DNA of 64,000 nt from positions 24,897,952 to 24,961,951 of the forward strand of contig CM119264.1 of the NCBI GenBank assembly GCA_051294375.1, given 5' to 3'. Under the pieces are notes generated by a model, which searched no databases, was not told the DNA's origin, and saw only the letters and a list, made by a program, of their open reading frames with translations. Both the position numbers and the translations under genes were made by a program. Positions within the stretch are counted from its first letter, which is position 1, and each line of letters begins with the position of its first letter. Below, piece by piece: positions 15,921 through 29,435 of the stretch. This DNA is from Paraspadella gotoi (lineage: Eukaryota > Animalia > Chaetognatha).

Positions 15921-18900
15921 TTTGCGACGCCGTGCTTGATTGATTTTTCAAGGTCAACTAAATTTTGTTTTAATAAAGTTGAATATTTAAATTTTAAATT
16001 TAATATTTTTTTTATCCAGGTCATGGACCAATCTGGATATCGATTGCGAACGATCCGACTCTCAGCCTCGCAACGCCTCCCTTGCGACACTGACTCACGC
16101 GAAACTACACGCATGGATCGCAACGTCTATGGAAACTACACCGACTGTACCTGGTCTGCTTAAAACATTACTTTTTTAAACATTTTTACCGATGGAGTTT
16201 TATAAAGACTAATTTTTCATCTTTGACTCCCAGGTGCGCTCGGAGCCCAAAATGCCCTTACTTCAGCCGCATTTGACGACGACGGAAAATGATAGAATAC
16301 GATGAGGAGCCCAAACGCCGAACGCGTGCACGGTCCCGCTCAAACTTTACGCACAATGGACCGGTGAGTTGCATTAACCTCGCCATTCCCGACTCAGCAA
16401 CGAGGTTAGAATTTTTTTAGTTTCTTTAGAACGAATACATTTTTATACTAATTTGTTTCTTTTTTAGGCCCGATCTCTTCGATGTGTTCTTTTCGATCTT
16501 AAATTCGTTTTTCTCCATGGCTCCGTTTTCCGGAAAGCAAATAAGCTCAACCATTGGATTTTAATATGCTTCATACCAGATTGTATGAATTTTTTTCGTT
16601 CGGCAAAATATTTTTACTCGTTCTTTTTACAACCGTGATTTTGCTCTTATGCGTACATTTAGCATCTTGTTTACCACAGCCCAGTGTAACTCGTTTCTAT
16701 TGTTTTTACATATTGGTTTGCCGCAATTAAATGACTTCTTTATCAATTTTAAACACTCGGTTTTATATTTTAAATTGGAAGACCTTTGCCTAGATAGTAA
16801 ACGTGCTTGCCAGAGGCCGGTCACGTCACACTAAAATATCAGTATTTAGTCAGTTTTTTTGCATTAATTACAATTTAAAGTTACATGCAACTAAGTTCTT
16901 GACAATAACAAACTATCTGGAAACCGAAATGATTTATAGTAAATTACCACACAATCACTGCCGAATCTTTCAACCTTTCCGCCACAATTCTGGATTCTTG
17001 TAAGGAGAGCAAAATTAACGGCTCTCTTCTGCATCTTGCAACTTCTAAACTTTAATGCCGTAGCAAAAGGTATTATCTTTCCAACTGACTCTTTCGGGAT
17101 TTCATTCTTGAGTGATTCTTGGCAGTGGATATTCTTATATTGAAGGATCCAAAGGACTTTCACCTGAAAAAAATTTTTAAATGGTTATTTTGTTTTTAAA
17201 CAAATCTCCTCATTAATTGATGATCAAAACCATAATTTGAAGAAGGTTTATATAGATTTGAAAGGACTCGGAACTTACCCACTGAAACAATGGGGATGAT
17301 TGGTACTACGATTTTCAAACAATTTATGGCATCTGGTACCAAAAGTGATCAGGCGGTCCGCAGCCATCGCGAACTCGAAACTGTGACGACGTCGATAAAA
17401 ATTTGGGCGACGGAAATCTGATGTGGATCATTTGAGGAAGAGCGATGCCCCGTAAAGAATGAACTTTACTTTCGCGTCACTGTGAAGGGAGAAAGATTCA
17501 AAATATGGTTTTCTAAAGATAAATTTTGAGCATTCGATCAAATAGTTATAAAATTAAAAATACTAATGAAAGAATTTTGGTAGTTAACAATAGCATTAAT
17601 CGCTGTCAGAAAAAAAAACCTTGTGCCATTTCTCTTCCATTTGCGACCAAAAACCATTCAACGGAGCCCAATCATAACTGCAAAAAGAAAGTTAACGAAC
17701 TGAGAATTAATTTAACGGTCTATCCACGCAGAAAAATCAAAGATTTAACCTTCTCATTAAATACTCGTTCCATACTGCGCTGCATCTTTTTTGGTAATTA
17801 ACTTCATTGAACTTCTTCACTTATAAATTTAAAGAAACAAAACAAACGGATATTTTGAAATACAATTAATAAAAAAAATGTTTGATGAACTTCGTGTTGC
17901 CAATTTACGGTTTTTGGCTTCTTTTCCATTAGAACTCCAATTTTTAATTTCCCAAATCCTTAAAATTAATTTTTTATATTGATTTTAATTCATCATATTT
18001 TTTACGTTCTTTAACCTTAATTCATTAACTTAATCCATATTTTAACTTAAAAACTAATTTTAATTCCAAATTGAGGTAAAAATGGGGAAAGTTAAGCCGA
18101 AAAATTTTACCCGATGTTGATTTTTAATTTATCTAAAATCAAAGTAACTAGAGAACCGTTTCAAGAAGGTTTTATCCGAGTAGCCCAATTTTCTTGTGAT
18201 GTAAGTATAAAGTCTTTACTTTTTCAAAGAATCGCTCGACTGCAGTCCAGGTGGACACAGGAAATTAGATGGGCAGAATCCGCCAAACTTTTACTTCGAA
18301 GTCGCGCAAGAAATAAAAGTAGTAAAGGCATTTTGTCTTTTGCCTGTAGTTTGGAGAAATCGGCCCGAAACAATGGGTACTATAACACTAAAGTGATTTA
18401 TTGTATAAATTGTATCCGTCCCCTTTTTTTTTTTTTTTGATCGATTTCTATTTAAGCGAAACATTTGGAGACCTAGGAAACGGCCGAGTCGGATATTACA
18501 ATACTACATATTCAAACTACATAGAATTTCAAGATTATTCCTTTCAAATGAGTCTGAACTCAAAATTAAGTTTTAAACAATAAGTGCGATTAGCAAAAAA
18601 AGCGTAAACAATGCGGGAGAAAGGAAAATTAGATATAATGAAATTGGTTACAACCAGCATAAAAATTATCCATTCATTTAATAAATAAGCGTATCTAAAA
18701 TTAAGCTATATAATGCTAATGTTGTGTACTGTGGCGGTATATTCACAGGCGTAGTGTTCCATCCACAGTTCCTAACGACTTTCCTCTGCGTTGGGCAAAG
18801 CGAGACCGTCCTAGGGTAACCGCGCCAGTGACTGGAGGCGGTCAACTGACGGTCGGAAGCCCCCAAAGGCAACAGTGAGATGACCCCATCCCAGTGGGCT

Positions 18901-19726
18901 CCACAGGCAACCCGGCTGTTGACCATTAGTACTGAAGTCATTTGAAAAAAACCAAGTAATAAAAACTGGAGTTTAGCATGAGGTTTCGTTTTTAAAATCT
19001 CATTGCTTTGGACTCAAGAAATTACGTCAGGCACACGTAAGTTAGAAAACTTGGAAATAGGATAAAATTCATAAAAAACCTGGAAGCTGGAAGAACGTTT
19101 TACTTACCATATATACTCTCGCTCTCGCTCTCTCTCGTCCTTCCTATCTCAACAAACACGCAATACATCTTTTCAAAATTGCTCTCCACCTCATCATAAA
19201 AACTCCACCTCCCTGCGTCTCTCCGCACCCCCCCCCCCAAGTTCACGAAATCCAAACGACATAACGAATAGCTAATTGGCTCTTCCGCTCTCTCTTTTTT
19301 TTTTTTTAAATTCAATTTCACATTTCAAAATGTCCGCAGCCAATCAGAAGCGTCTTTCATTCATCCCTCTCTTGAAATCCCATCGTCTTTTCCCTTTTTT
19401 ACTCCATTCCATTTTTGATCTCCGTTCGCGCGATGTCCTTTTGTTTTCCTCTCTATTACTCGCGCCCTCTCTTCTTCTTTCTTTATAAAAAAAAAAATTA
19501 AAAATCACCCCGCGTCCTCATTTTTTCTTTCCTTTTGATTCTTTGGACGAGATTTTTTTGGTTTCTTCCTTTTATTCCTTTTATTTTTTTCTTCTTCTTT
19601 TGATTTTTATTTTTTTTGATTTCTGATTTTTTTCTCTTTTTTTTTTCTCCTCTTTTTTTGATGGTTTTTTCTTACTCTTCCTGGTCATCGTTGGTTCTTT
19701 CCGCTTCTCTCGTTTTAATCTGATGT

Positions 19727-19730
<4 letters not shown>
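15921..19730 (+). pseudogene. Indel-rich second copy of about 9143-12860 (3' exons of the 7514 gene and the whole F5/8C-like gene); probably an assembly artefact
   Basis: Starts TTTGCGACGCCGTGCT as at 9143, is colinear for about 3.8 kb, and has frequent single-base indels but few substitutions. Confidence 0.8.
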
Positions 19731-19794
<64 letters not shown>

Positions 19795-22445
19795 TCTCTT
19801 CTCTCTCTACTCTCTTATTTTCGCCAGACTGATTTTGCGGATTATTCATTCGTCCGTCGCTCTTTCTCTCTCTGTTCGTTCATTAGCCGGGGAATGAACC
19901 GCGAGGGAGAAGGGTTGCAAAGAATAAAGAGAGAGAGAGATGAGAGAGAGAGAGGCGTCGCCCGCCGGCCTCTTGACGATTGAAAAGGTTGGCGGAACCG
20001 AGATTACACGGAGCCAGTCAAGTAAGGTAAGAAAGGGATGTAAAAAAACGAGCGAAGTGAAGGGGCGAAGGTTAAGAAGGAGTCCTTTGCATCCGAAAAG
20101 GAGAGGAAATTTGAATAAATAGAGCGAATCGTGGCCCGAGCTGAGCTGAGCTTTGGTATGGAGGAAATGATTAAAAGGAACGGGGGGGGGATTTCTAGGC
20201 CCGAATGAATCATTATATTGATCTGAGGATATTCTTTTGGGGGAAAAAAATGGGGAGCTGATTTGAGGTTCGTAATAATTTTAGAGAAAAATTAATTAGT
20301 CATTTTGAAAGGGGTTGAGCGTATTTTCTCTTGCAGTGATTTGCTATCGAGGAATTTAACAAAAAAAACCACTTTTTTCAATTACTGTTAGAAATTACAA
20401 CAAAATGATTAAATTTTACTCTTAAGACAAAGGATTGGCGAGACGTACAGATTAATTAAAATCATCTGCTGCTTTTTTCTAATTCAAGTAAATCAATACT
20501 TTTTTGCTACTTTTAATAAAAGAAAATTATTGTTCCATTTTTGTCCAATTTTGACTTTGTCTTGACATTTGAACGCTTAGATCAATGAAGCAAAAAATTT
20601 TTTACCTCCGGCTTTTGGGTCCTCTATATCTTCTTTACCTCTGAGTTGGTTCATTTGCCGTTAGTCATTTATGTTTGCCTATGAATTAATTTTTAATTGA
20701 CGAGCTAAAAAACTTACATTTTACATTTTATTACAACTTCTGGTTAAACGAAAATACTTTCAAAATGTCCACTATCTAACAAATATTCCCTATTGTTGGT
20801 GCTTCTGGTACCTAAAAAATAAGGCAAAAAAATTTAATAGTTTGCTGCAAAAAATTTTTAAGCCTACTTTTAATTGTGAGGATTTGTGAGGTGCGTTTTA
20901 TTTAAACTAAAACTCGGTTTTGACCTTCTTTATAGTTTTATAGATGAGAATATACTAAGGTTAACGAATTAAAAAAACCGCATTCTTTTAATGTAATGGA
21001 AAGCGTCAGTAATTTTTTTTCTCTTCAATCGACAGGTTTTTGCGGAAAAAATTTCTGCAAAAAATCGTCGAATTTTTAAATCTGCTTGCAACCAAACTTG
21101 AATAAAATCATACGCTACCCGAAGTTTTTCTCGAAATAAAATTGAGAGAGAAAACAAAGTTTTATTTTGTTTACAACAACGAGTTTTATTTTTGAAATGG
21201 ACATGTTTTGATCTTTTTCGAGTCTTCTTCAGCGCAGTGTTAATTTTACCAAACATTATGATGAAGAGAGAGAAAGAGAGAGAGAGAGAGAAAGAGATGA
21301 GAGAGAGAGGAGGAAGAAAGAGAGAGAGAACGTCACCAAAGAATTGAGTTATGGAAGTATTGAGGGTGAGAACAGTTGTAGACAGGAGTGACTATGATGA
21401 AATAAAATAAAATTTTAATGCTTATTATGTTGGCGTGAAGAATCAAAATACTTCACATAGATAGAAAGAGAAAAAGAGAGTCAGAGCGAAAGTTCGAGAA
21501 AGAAAGAAAACAAGAAAAGCAGTGGAAAACAAAAATAAAGTTTAATATATAGCGTGCCGATTTTTTCCTAAGCAGTAGTAATCTTAAAAAACGCGACAGA
21601 TCTTACGAGCAATTTTATCTTTAAAGTTGTTCTTTCATGAAAAATCGTTTTTAGTTTCTTTTTTAATAAAGCTGATACCCGTAATTGGAATGATTAACGT
21701 GAAAGAATCATGTCTTAACCGTATTTTGAAAGCATAGAAAAAATTCCAGACCCAGTGAGTTCTATGTTATAAGGAAAGATAACTAATGCCAACCGTTTTT
21801 TTAAATAAAGAAAGTTTATATTATCAGTGGGAAAAAAATAATAATAGTTATTTAAGTTTCAATTCAATGTTGAAATACCTCAAATCAAATCACTGGCCTT
21901 TATTAATAGTTTTAAAGAAAAAGCACGTGGAAAAAGAAAAAGAAAACTACAAGTAAAGATAAATATGTAAGGATAACTAACATTTAACTAAAGAGCTATT
22001 ATCGCATTTTTATAAATACCTATCTAAAGTAATGAGTTATTTTTTACTATATAACGATACAAATACTGTGTAACTGGTTCCATAACTGATGTTCTGTGAG
22101 TTGGGTCAGAAAGCTTGGCTGAGTCGGTGTGTGTGGCAGGGATGAGGAGGGAGGGTTGAGGTAAGTCTTCGCGAATGAAAAATGACTTCCCATTCGGGCA
22201 AAAATGCTCGGGGAAGAAAAGGCGGACGGTTCAGTGGCACTGTGAACTGGCAATGGTAGGCTGGCAGTGGCAAAGGGTCAATCCAATCCAATCGGAAACT
22301 GTGGCGGGCGCGAGGACAACCGACGGGCAACCCTCGTTCTGGTTCGTTCGGGCAAAGTCGGGCCAGAGAAACTCCTTTCCAATGCTGAGATGAGGATGTG
22401 GCGGACGGGAAAGCTGTGAAAAAAAGCGCGTCTGTTTGCCTCTGT

Positions 22446-22524
<79 letters not shown>

Positions 22525-22810
22525 AAGAAGAGATAGTGGGAAAAAACGGGGGGTAAACATGCCTAATTGAATTGGTGAAGGGGCTTAACGCATGAAACAA
22601 CAAAAAAAGANNNNNNNNNNNNNNNNNNNNNNNNNAAAAAAAAAAACTGGCTAGTTGAAGTACTAAATCTTTCAAGTCAAAAGGAAAAAAATAGTGAGGG
22701 ATTATGATGCTTTGAGTGAAAGAGAAAAAAGAGTTAAAGAAAAGAATAAATGAGAGATAAGGTTTTTTTAATGACAGTAAAAATATTACAAAGAAAATAT
22801 AGTTAAATCA

Positions 22811-22875
<65 letters not shown>

Positions 22876-23691
22876 CACTTTTAAATTATCGCCCCATCGC
22901 GTTTCTCTCTCTCTCTCTCTCGAGGTTCTTATGACTTGATTTAAACAAAGGTATTCAGGTTAACTCTGAAATTGTAAATTTAACAATTTTCAATCTTTCC
23001 CCAGTTAATTAAAATCAACTAGAAATTTTTTTTATACTTTATATACGTTTTACAATGTCCATGGAATTTCTGAAAATTTACAACGCGATGAACGTTTCCA
23101 TCATGTATAATGGCAATTTAAGTGCGAGAAGTACACACACAGATAATCCTCCGAGACCGCCATAACAAAATCAACAACGACGACAACAACGACGACAACA
23201 ACAGGGGATACGACGTCCTCGGTTGTTTGTTTACCGTCGTTCGCAGGTTTGTTTTTTTTTTATCTCCGACGCGAGACACGCGCAGCCTGACCCCGCAGCA
23301 GCCGCCGCCGACGCGCCGGTCGCCTCCGATTTCGACACTTTCCCGATTTTCTAATTTGCAGCAACTTAGCACTTCGAAGCCGGAGCTGCTGTCACAGCTT
23401 TGAAAGAATAACTTTATTCACATTTAGTGACTTGTACCTTGTCACATTCTATCAATTCCTGCTTCCATATTCATCGGTGTTGAGTCAGCTGGAAATACGG
23501 ACTTTCTGTTCTTAATCCGCTAACAACGACAACTGCTTTCAGCCTTTTACGGTCCTCGCTAAAGCCAGAGGGTAAAGGAACAGATTATTCTGCATCGTAG
23601 TAAAAATGAAGTAAAAATTCAATGTCCGTTATCAAATAATATTTAAACTACACATTTACATTCTTTCCATAAAAGTATAATGATTCACGTA

Positions 23692-23721
23692 ATCATCATC
23701 ATCATCGTCATCATCGTCATC

Positions 23722-23779
<58 letters not shown>

Positions 23780-24115
23780 TCGTCTGGCCTCGTGGGCGGA
23801 GGCGACGGCGGAGGCGACGAAGACGCGTCGACCGAAGATTCGATTAGCGTCGAGGAGGTTCATCGGCGTCATTGTCATTAGGGCTTTCGTCGTTGTCATT
23901 GGGTTGTCATCGTCATTGGCCTTGTAGTCATTGGGGTTGTCGTCGTCATCTGCCTCGTTGTCATTAGCGTCGTTTTCATCACCGCCATCATTGTAATCGA
24001 AGCCACATTGTTCGTCCTTGTTATCTGCGTCATCCTTGTCATCGAAACCGAAGTTTTAATCGACATTATTGTCATTAGTATCATCTCTGTCATCGGCCTC
24101 GGTTTTTGTCATCAA
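23692..24115. repeat. (ATC)n microsatellite plus degenerate GTCAT-type low-complexity tract
   Basis: Near-pure ATC run about 23692-23778; recurrent GTCATC/GTCATT 23865-24115. Confidence 0.8.
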
Positions 24116-24188
24116 ATATCATTGACAAGAAATGACAATGTCTTTGTCATCAATTAAAGGAGCGTATTCAATGAATATGAATATGGCC

Positions 24189-24270
24189 GGGGATTGTGGG
24201 GACAGAGAAGATGGCAGGGGATTGTGGGGACAGAGAAGATGGCAAGGGAATGTGGGGACAGAGAGTCGGC
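24189..24270 (+). repeat. 28-bp tandem repeat, about 3 copies
   Basis: GGGGATTGTGGGGACAGAGAAGATGGCA twice, then a diverged third copy. Confidence 0.85.
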
Positions 24271-24693
24271 GGGGGTTTATGTGGTCCTAATCTGTGGATA
24301 TTTTTTGTTTGGCGATGAACGCGCGTGGAATCCGCTCGATGGATTGATCGCTTTCTGCGAAGAGAGGCTGCGGTGGGGGGCGGAGGCGCCGCCCCCTTTT
24401 TCCCAAACTGGCCATTCCCGGTTCTTCTGAGTCATTTGTTTGTTTTGAAGATCAACATTTGCGAGGAGGCGCTAGTGTAGCCGCGGCTGTTATGTCGGCG
24501 GGATCCGCGGCGGCGGCGGCTTCGGCTGCGGCGGCGGCGGCGACCGTGGCGGCGGCAGAGTTCTCGACGTCGTCATTGTCGAGTCGCTTCGTCGTCGTTA
24601 GCCTCCGCGACCGTCAAGGCCGAAAAACGCTGCCATATCTTTGAAAATAATGACGAAATTATACAAACCATAAAAGCGAGAGAGAAAGAGAGG

Positions 24694-24757
<64 letters not shown>

Positions 24758-25191
24758 AAAGGTACTGCAAAAAAAGCTCAACTGACAACTTGAGCCCGTT
24801 GCGAATAATGTATTTGAGTTTTTTCTTTTTTTCATATCTCTCTCTCTCTCTTCCTCACTCTCTCTCTCTCTCTCTCTCTCCTCTCCTCTCTCTCTCTCTC
24901 TCTCTTCTCCTCTCTCTATCTCCCTGCGAGATGGCGCGGCGAGAAAAAGGGAAGGGATAAAATAATGTTACTCTCCCTCGTTTTCGTTCTTCCCTTTTCT
25001 CATTTCCCCCTTTCCTCTCTCCCGCCCCCCTCTTTCTCAATTTCGCCCACTGTAGTAAACAATGTGCGCTTTCTATGCCCCATTCGAAAAAAGACAAAGA
25101 AGGAGATAATTTTCAAAACAAAATAAAAGAGTAAAATATAGAAAACATTCTTTCGCGGTTTCTTGAGACGGAATTAAAATCTGCAACGGAA

Positions 25192-25255
<64 letters not shown>

Positions 25256-25311
25256 AGATACAGACAGGCTTACGGTAAGCACCCAACATTTTCATCTGGT
25301 TTCCTTGAGGA

Positions 25312-25314
<3 letters not shown>

Positions 25315-25347
<33 letters not shown>

Positions 25348-25460
25348 AAATAATAATAATAATAATAATAATAATATAATAATAATATAATAATATAATA
25401 ATAATAAATAATAATAATAATAATAAATAATATATAATATTAAAATAATATAATAAATAT
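25315..25460 (+). repeat. Poly(A) followed by (AAT)n
   Basis: Directly visible. Confidence 0.9.
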
Positions 25461-26225
25461 AAGGGTATTTTTCGAAGATTGAAATAGAATAATTTTGGGA
25501 GAGGGAAGAAAAAAAAGAATGAAACGAAAGAAAAAGAACAAAAAAAACAAAAAAATAGCCACAATAAAAATGTTAAAAAGACAAAAGATCAAAAAAGGAG
25601 AAAAAAAAAATGGGCAAGAGGGATGAAAAAGATGGGCCTCCAGCTATTTTTCAAAAAAAACCCGCGAATAAAATAGGAAAGGGCATGAGATAAATTTTAA
25701 GCCGAGGGGTTTTTCATTCCTGGTGGGTTCGCGAGCCCCCGCGGAAAGGGGGGGCGTGTGGGAGAGGAAGAAATAAAAGAGGTCGGACGGGAGGGGGATG
25801 TATTAAAGGTGATTGAGAATTATTATAGGGGCTAAGCATGGGATAAGCAAAACATAATAAATTCCTCATTGTGACGGGGGAAGGTACCGGCTAATTTTTT
25901 TTAGTTTTTAGGAAATTAACGAAATTATAAAATAATATGGGAGAAAGAAAAACATATCTACGTAAGGGAAGACCATAAACGAGGAGGGAAGGGGAGGCAA
26001 AAGATTTTGGAGAAATAAATACGAGAAACTTAAGCCAAAGAGGGAGAGAGCAATGGGGGTAAGAAAAAAGAGGAAGAGGATATGGAGGGGGGGTGGAGGA
26101 GGAGGAGGAGGAGGAAGGCGAAAGAGGCGTCGAAAGAAGCTTTGTTTCTGTCAAGCGACGGACGGCGAATTAGACGAGGAAATGAAAGGGAACTTCACAG
26201 GGTAAGTCATTGATGGGGTGTCGAG

Positions 26226-26320
26226 GATAACTGACAAGTTGTCAGGGATAACTGATAGAGTGCCAAGGATAACTGACTGGCTGTGAAAAATGACTGATAA
26301 GGAGTCGAGATTAACTGAAT
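26226..26320 (+). repeat. 21-bp-period repeat with GATAACTGA core
   Basis: GATAACTGA at 26226, 26247, 26268, with degenerate copies near 26289 and 26310. Confidence 0.75.
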
Positions 26321-26536
26321 TTGAATTTCAAACCAGTTAAGCTACTTATTTAACTAGGGTAGGAAGAATTTCGTTCATCGAAGGTTCAATTATGATATTT
26401 TTTTTAGAAGAGGCAATGAAACAAAAGCAGCTGTCTCTTTCCCTCTCTCTGTTTCGAGAAAGAAAGAGTATTGTTAAAATGATCTTCAACGTTAAATTCG
26501 ATTAACGTATCAAAGTTTATCAGCCCTGGTTTCCTG

Positions 26537-26574
<38 letters not shown>

Positions 26575-26726
26575 TTCGGTGAATAAGCCATCTTATGTGG
26601 GCGATCAAAATCGTAACCGGTTTCTTAATCCGAAGTGAGAGTCCATTTAAAGAAATTAATCAAAGTTTTATTTTTGTTCTTCACCTTCTTTACATTTCCG
26701 ATCTCAAGCCTTCTTTAATTGGCACG

Positions 26727-28055
26727 ATGAAGACGTCAGTGATTATTTTATGGTGTCTGTCTATTGCAACGACGCAATGGTGTTACCCTTCAGCAGCGAA
26801 GACTCTTGATCTGAGCCACTCATTCGACGGCGAGACTGTCTACTGGCCAGGATGGAAACCTTTTCAATTGAATGTTGTGAATAGAAACTACACTAAGTCG
26901 GGTTACTACTACGAAGCCAATACTTATGCAGGTCTATTTTCAAATCATTAAGTTGCTGTTTACGTATGGTTCATTAAAAATGTTCTTTTTTGACATCTTT
27001 TCAGCTGCGGAACACGGCGGAACTCACCTGGACGCCCCGTCTCATTTCTGCGACCTAAAAGTGAACGATGGTAAGTTTGCCCAATATTTTATTTTTATTT
27101 ATGAGTTGAGTTAAAGAATTCTTATTTCCAATTTTTGCCTAAAAGTAAAATACATTTTAACTCATTCCTAACGGCCCCTCTTTAAATTTCCAGTTCCCTG
27201 TTGGCGCCTTCACGAGATCCCCGCCTCCCGACTTCACGGTCCCGCAGTCGTCGTCGACATCTCCGCCCGTGCCTCCTGGCCGCACAACCGCGACGCCCAG
27301 CTGCTCGTCGAAGACTTGGAAGCTTGGGAGACACAGAGGCAGCGGCGCATCCCCGACGGCGCGGTGATGTTCGTCCGCAGCGGCTGGGGAAGATTCTACG
27401 GCGACCACGAAAAGTATTTGGGGAATAAGGAAGGGAACACAGCGGATCTGCACTTTCCTGGGATTTCGAAAGAAGCGGGTGAGGCGGGGAAAGGGAAGAG
27501 GTCGCTTGGTAAGGGACGGGATGTTTAGCGGGAAAAAAGTTCACAAAGAAAAGGACGGGGAACATGGGATTACATTTTTTTTAGCGTAGACAAAAAAAAA
27601 AGAGAATGGAGTTCTGTGAGGTCTTTTAATTTCAGAACTAAGTATGTATAATTTATATTTATATTAGTTTTTCACATTTTTTTGTTTTGTTTACCACCTT
27701 CATCTTTTTCCCTTTTTTCACTCTTCCCCTCGTCTTCCTATGATACTTTATCCATCCCCTTTTTACCCTTTTCCCCCATCTCCCCTCAGCCGCTTGGATC
27801 GTCCACCATCGCCCCAACGTTTCCATGGTGGGCATCGACACGCCCTCTCTCGACGTCGGCGCCTCCAGGCTCTTCCTCTCCCATCGCATCCTCGCTGCGG
27901 CTAACATCCTCGGTCTCGAGAACGTGGCGCGTCTGGACGAGCTGGTGGAGATGCTGGAGGAACACCCAGCCGGAGTGGAGGTCTTTGCCCTGCCCATGAA
28001 GATTCGGGATGGAAGCGGCGGTCCTGCAAGGATCTTGGCAGTTGCCAGGGGATGA
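26727..28055 (+). CDS. Secreted cyclase-family metal-dependent amidohydrolase (KynB-type kynurenine formamidase / isatin hydrolase-like), 4 exons, 273 aa
   Basis: Exons 26727-26931, 27005-27070, 27194-27478, 27790-28055 total 822 nt in frame. Motifs DLSHSF, EHGGTHLDAPSHF (HxGTHxDxPxH), RSGW, HFPG, VGIDTPSLD, GLENV, PMKIRDGSGGPAR. Signal-like MKTSVIILWCLSIA; AATAAA at about 28090. Confidence 0.95.
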
Positions 28056-29373
28056 AAGGAAAGTAGGAGCGAAAGTTTTGATTTCGTACAATAAATGTTC
28101 GGTTTAAACTTTGTTCTACATATTAGCATATGTATCGTCATTCTTTTTTGTCATTGTAATTGCCGCTGTACACAATCCTCTTTACCTATAAAACTGTTTA
28201 TCAAAAATATTTGTTTAGCAATCGTGTTCTGAAATTCTTCATCAGTATTTTTTATTTTTTATTTTTTGTTTTTTAATAAAACCCAAAAGGTTTCCAGAAG
28301 GGAGAAGATAAGAAAAATACATATTTATCAAAACTACTTTTAAATCATGCGAGGCAAACATTAATTTTCGGGGCCGAGTTATATCGATATTTTACGAAGG
28401 TTTATTAATGTATTACGCAAAAAACCTTCATCGTAAATCGCGTTATATATACATTTTCCTTTCCCGACGAAGCGGACATAAAAACTGTTGGCGAAGGCAA
28501 AAAAAAAAAAAAAAAAAAAAGAAAGAAAAAACTTCTCACCTTCGCGAAGAAATTCGCACTCGAGGGAACTTTTTTTACGCGTCGTTTAAAACCGCGGGAT
28601 TCGAGGTTTCGCCTCTCGATTCCAATTTCCAAAGTGCTGCTCTCCTCGTCCGGCGGGGAAAAGGCGGCGAGTGGCGGCGAATTGCGGCGAACAAGGGAGG
28701 GGTGTGGGCGGGAAAAGAAAGAGGGCAGAGTCGGGAATGTGGGCGTTGAATTAAACGGGCGGGTCGGCTGAGAAAGGGTTAAGGTAAGGGGTTTAAAAAT
28801 TACGTTTTAAGTAATCAAGGCGGTAAGGCAGGGTAGTACATTTCGTTTGGAAAATTGGCGGTCTATCAGAGGGAGGCACGAAAAAGGTGGGAAAATATAT
28901 AAAACGGTCAAAAGAAAGAATTGTCAGAAAGGTGGTGAAAAAAAAATGTGGTGGCTCCTTCCTGTTAAACTCTAGAAAAAAAAAATTCTTCGTAGCTTAG
29001 GCTTTCGCCGGAATTTGGTGTGAACCAAAAATCTAGATCTCGGGCGAATCGCGGCTCCGCTGCGGCTGCCGCTGAGACTGCTGGCATCTTAAAGCGGATG
29101 ACATCCTAGACAACGACGTCGTCGATCCAAAAAGACGACACCCACGCATTGCACGCTTTCATTGTTAACCAACCGACGACTTTCCTTCCCTTTCCCCCAA
29201 GAAATATAATCATCAGTAGGACGTCAGAAATAAATATCCTCCACCCACCATGTTTCTAAACCACCTCTTTCTGGCAAACGTGCCATTAAAGCACTTCGCG
29301 TGTCTTGTTCAGTCTTTTGTTTTCCTCGGTTTTCAAACCCCATCCGCCAACAGCTTCACCACTCAAGAATTTA

Positions 29374-29435
29374 ACTCGGCCACCCAAGCCACCCACTCGG
29401 CCAACCATGCCACCCACTCGGCCAACCATGCCATG
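29374..29435 (+). repeat. 21-bp tandem repeat, 3 copies
   Basis: ACTCGGCCA(C/A)CCA(A/T)GCCACCC units. Confidence 0.8.

Noticed and set aside
15921-19730. Genuine recent gene duplication
   Set aside because: Indel-dominated differences and chimeric junctions point to uncorrected long-read sequence; not fully excluded.
23860-24115. Asp/Asn-rich acidic protein on the minus strand
   Set aside because: In-frame stop and frame change; explained by a degenerate ATGAC repeat.
24459-24644. Poly-Ala ORF (similar at 38834-39058)
   Set aside because: GCG/GCC runs with no domain or splice support.
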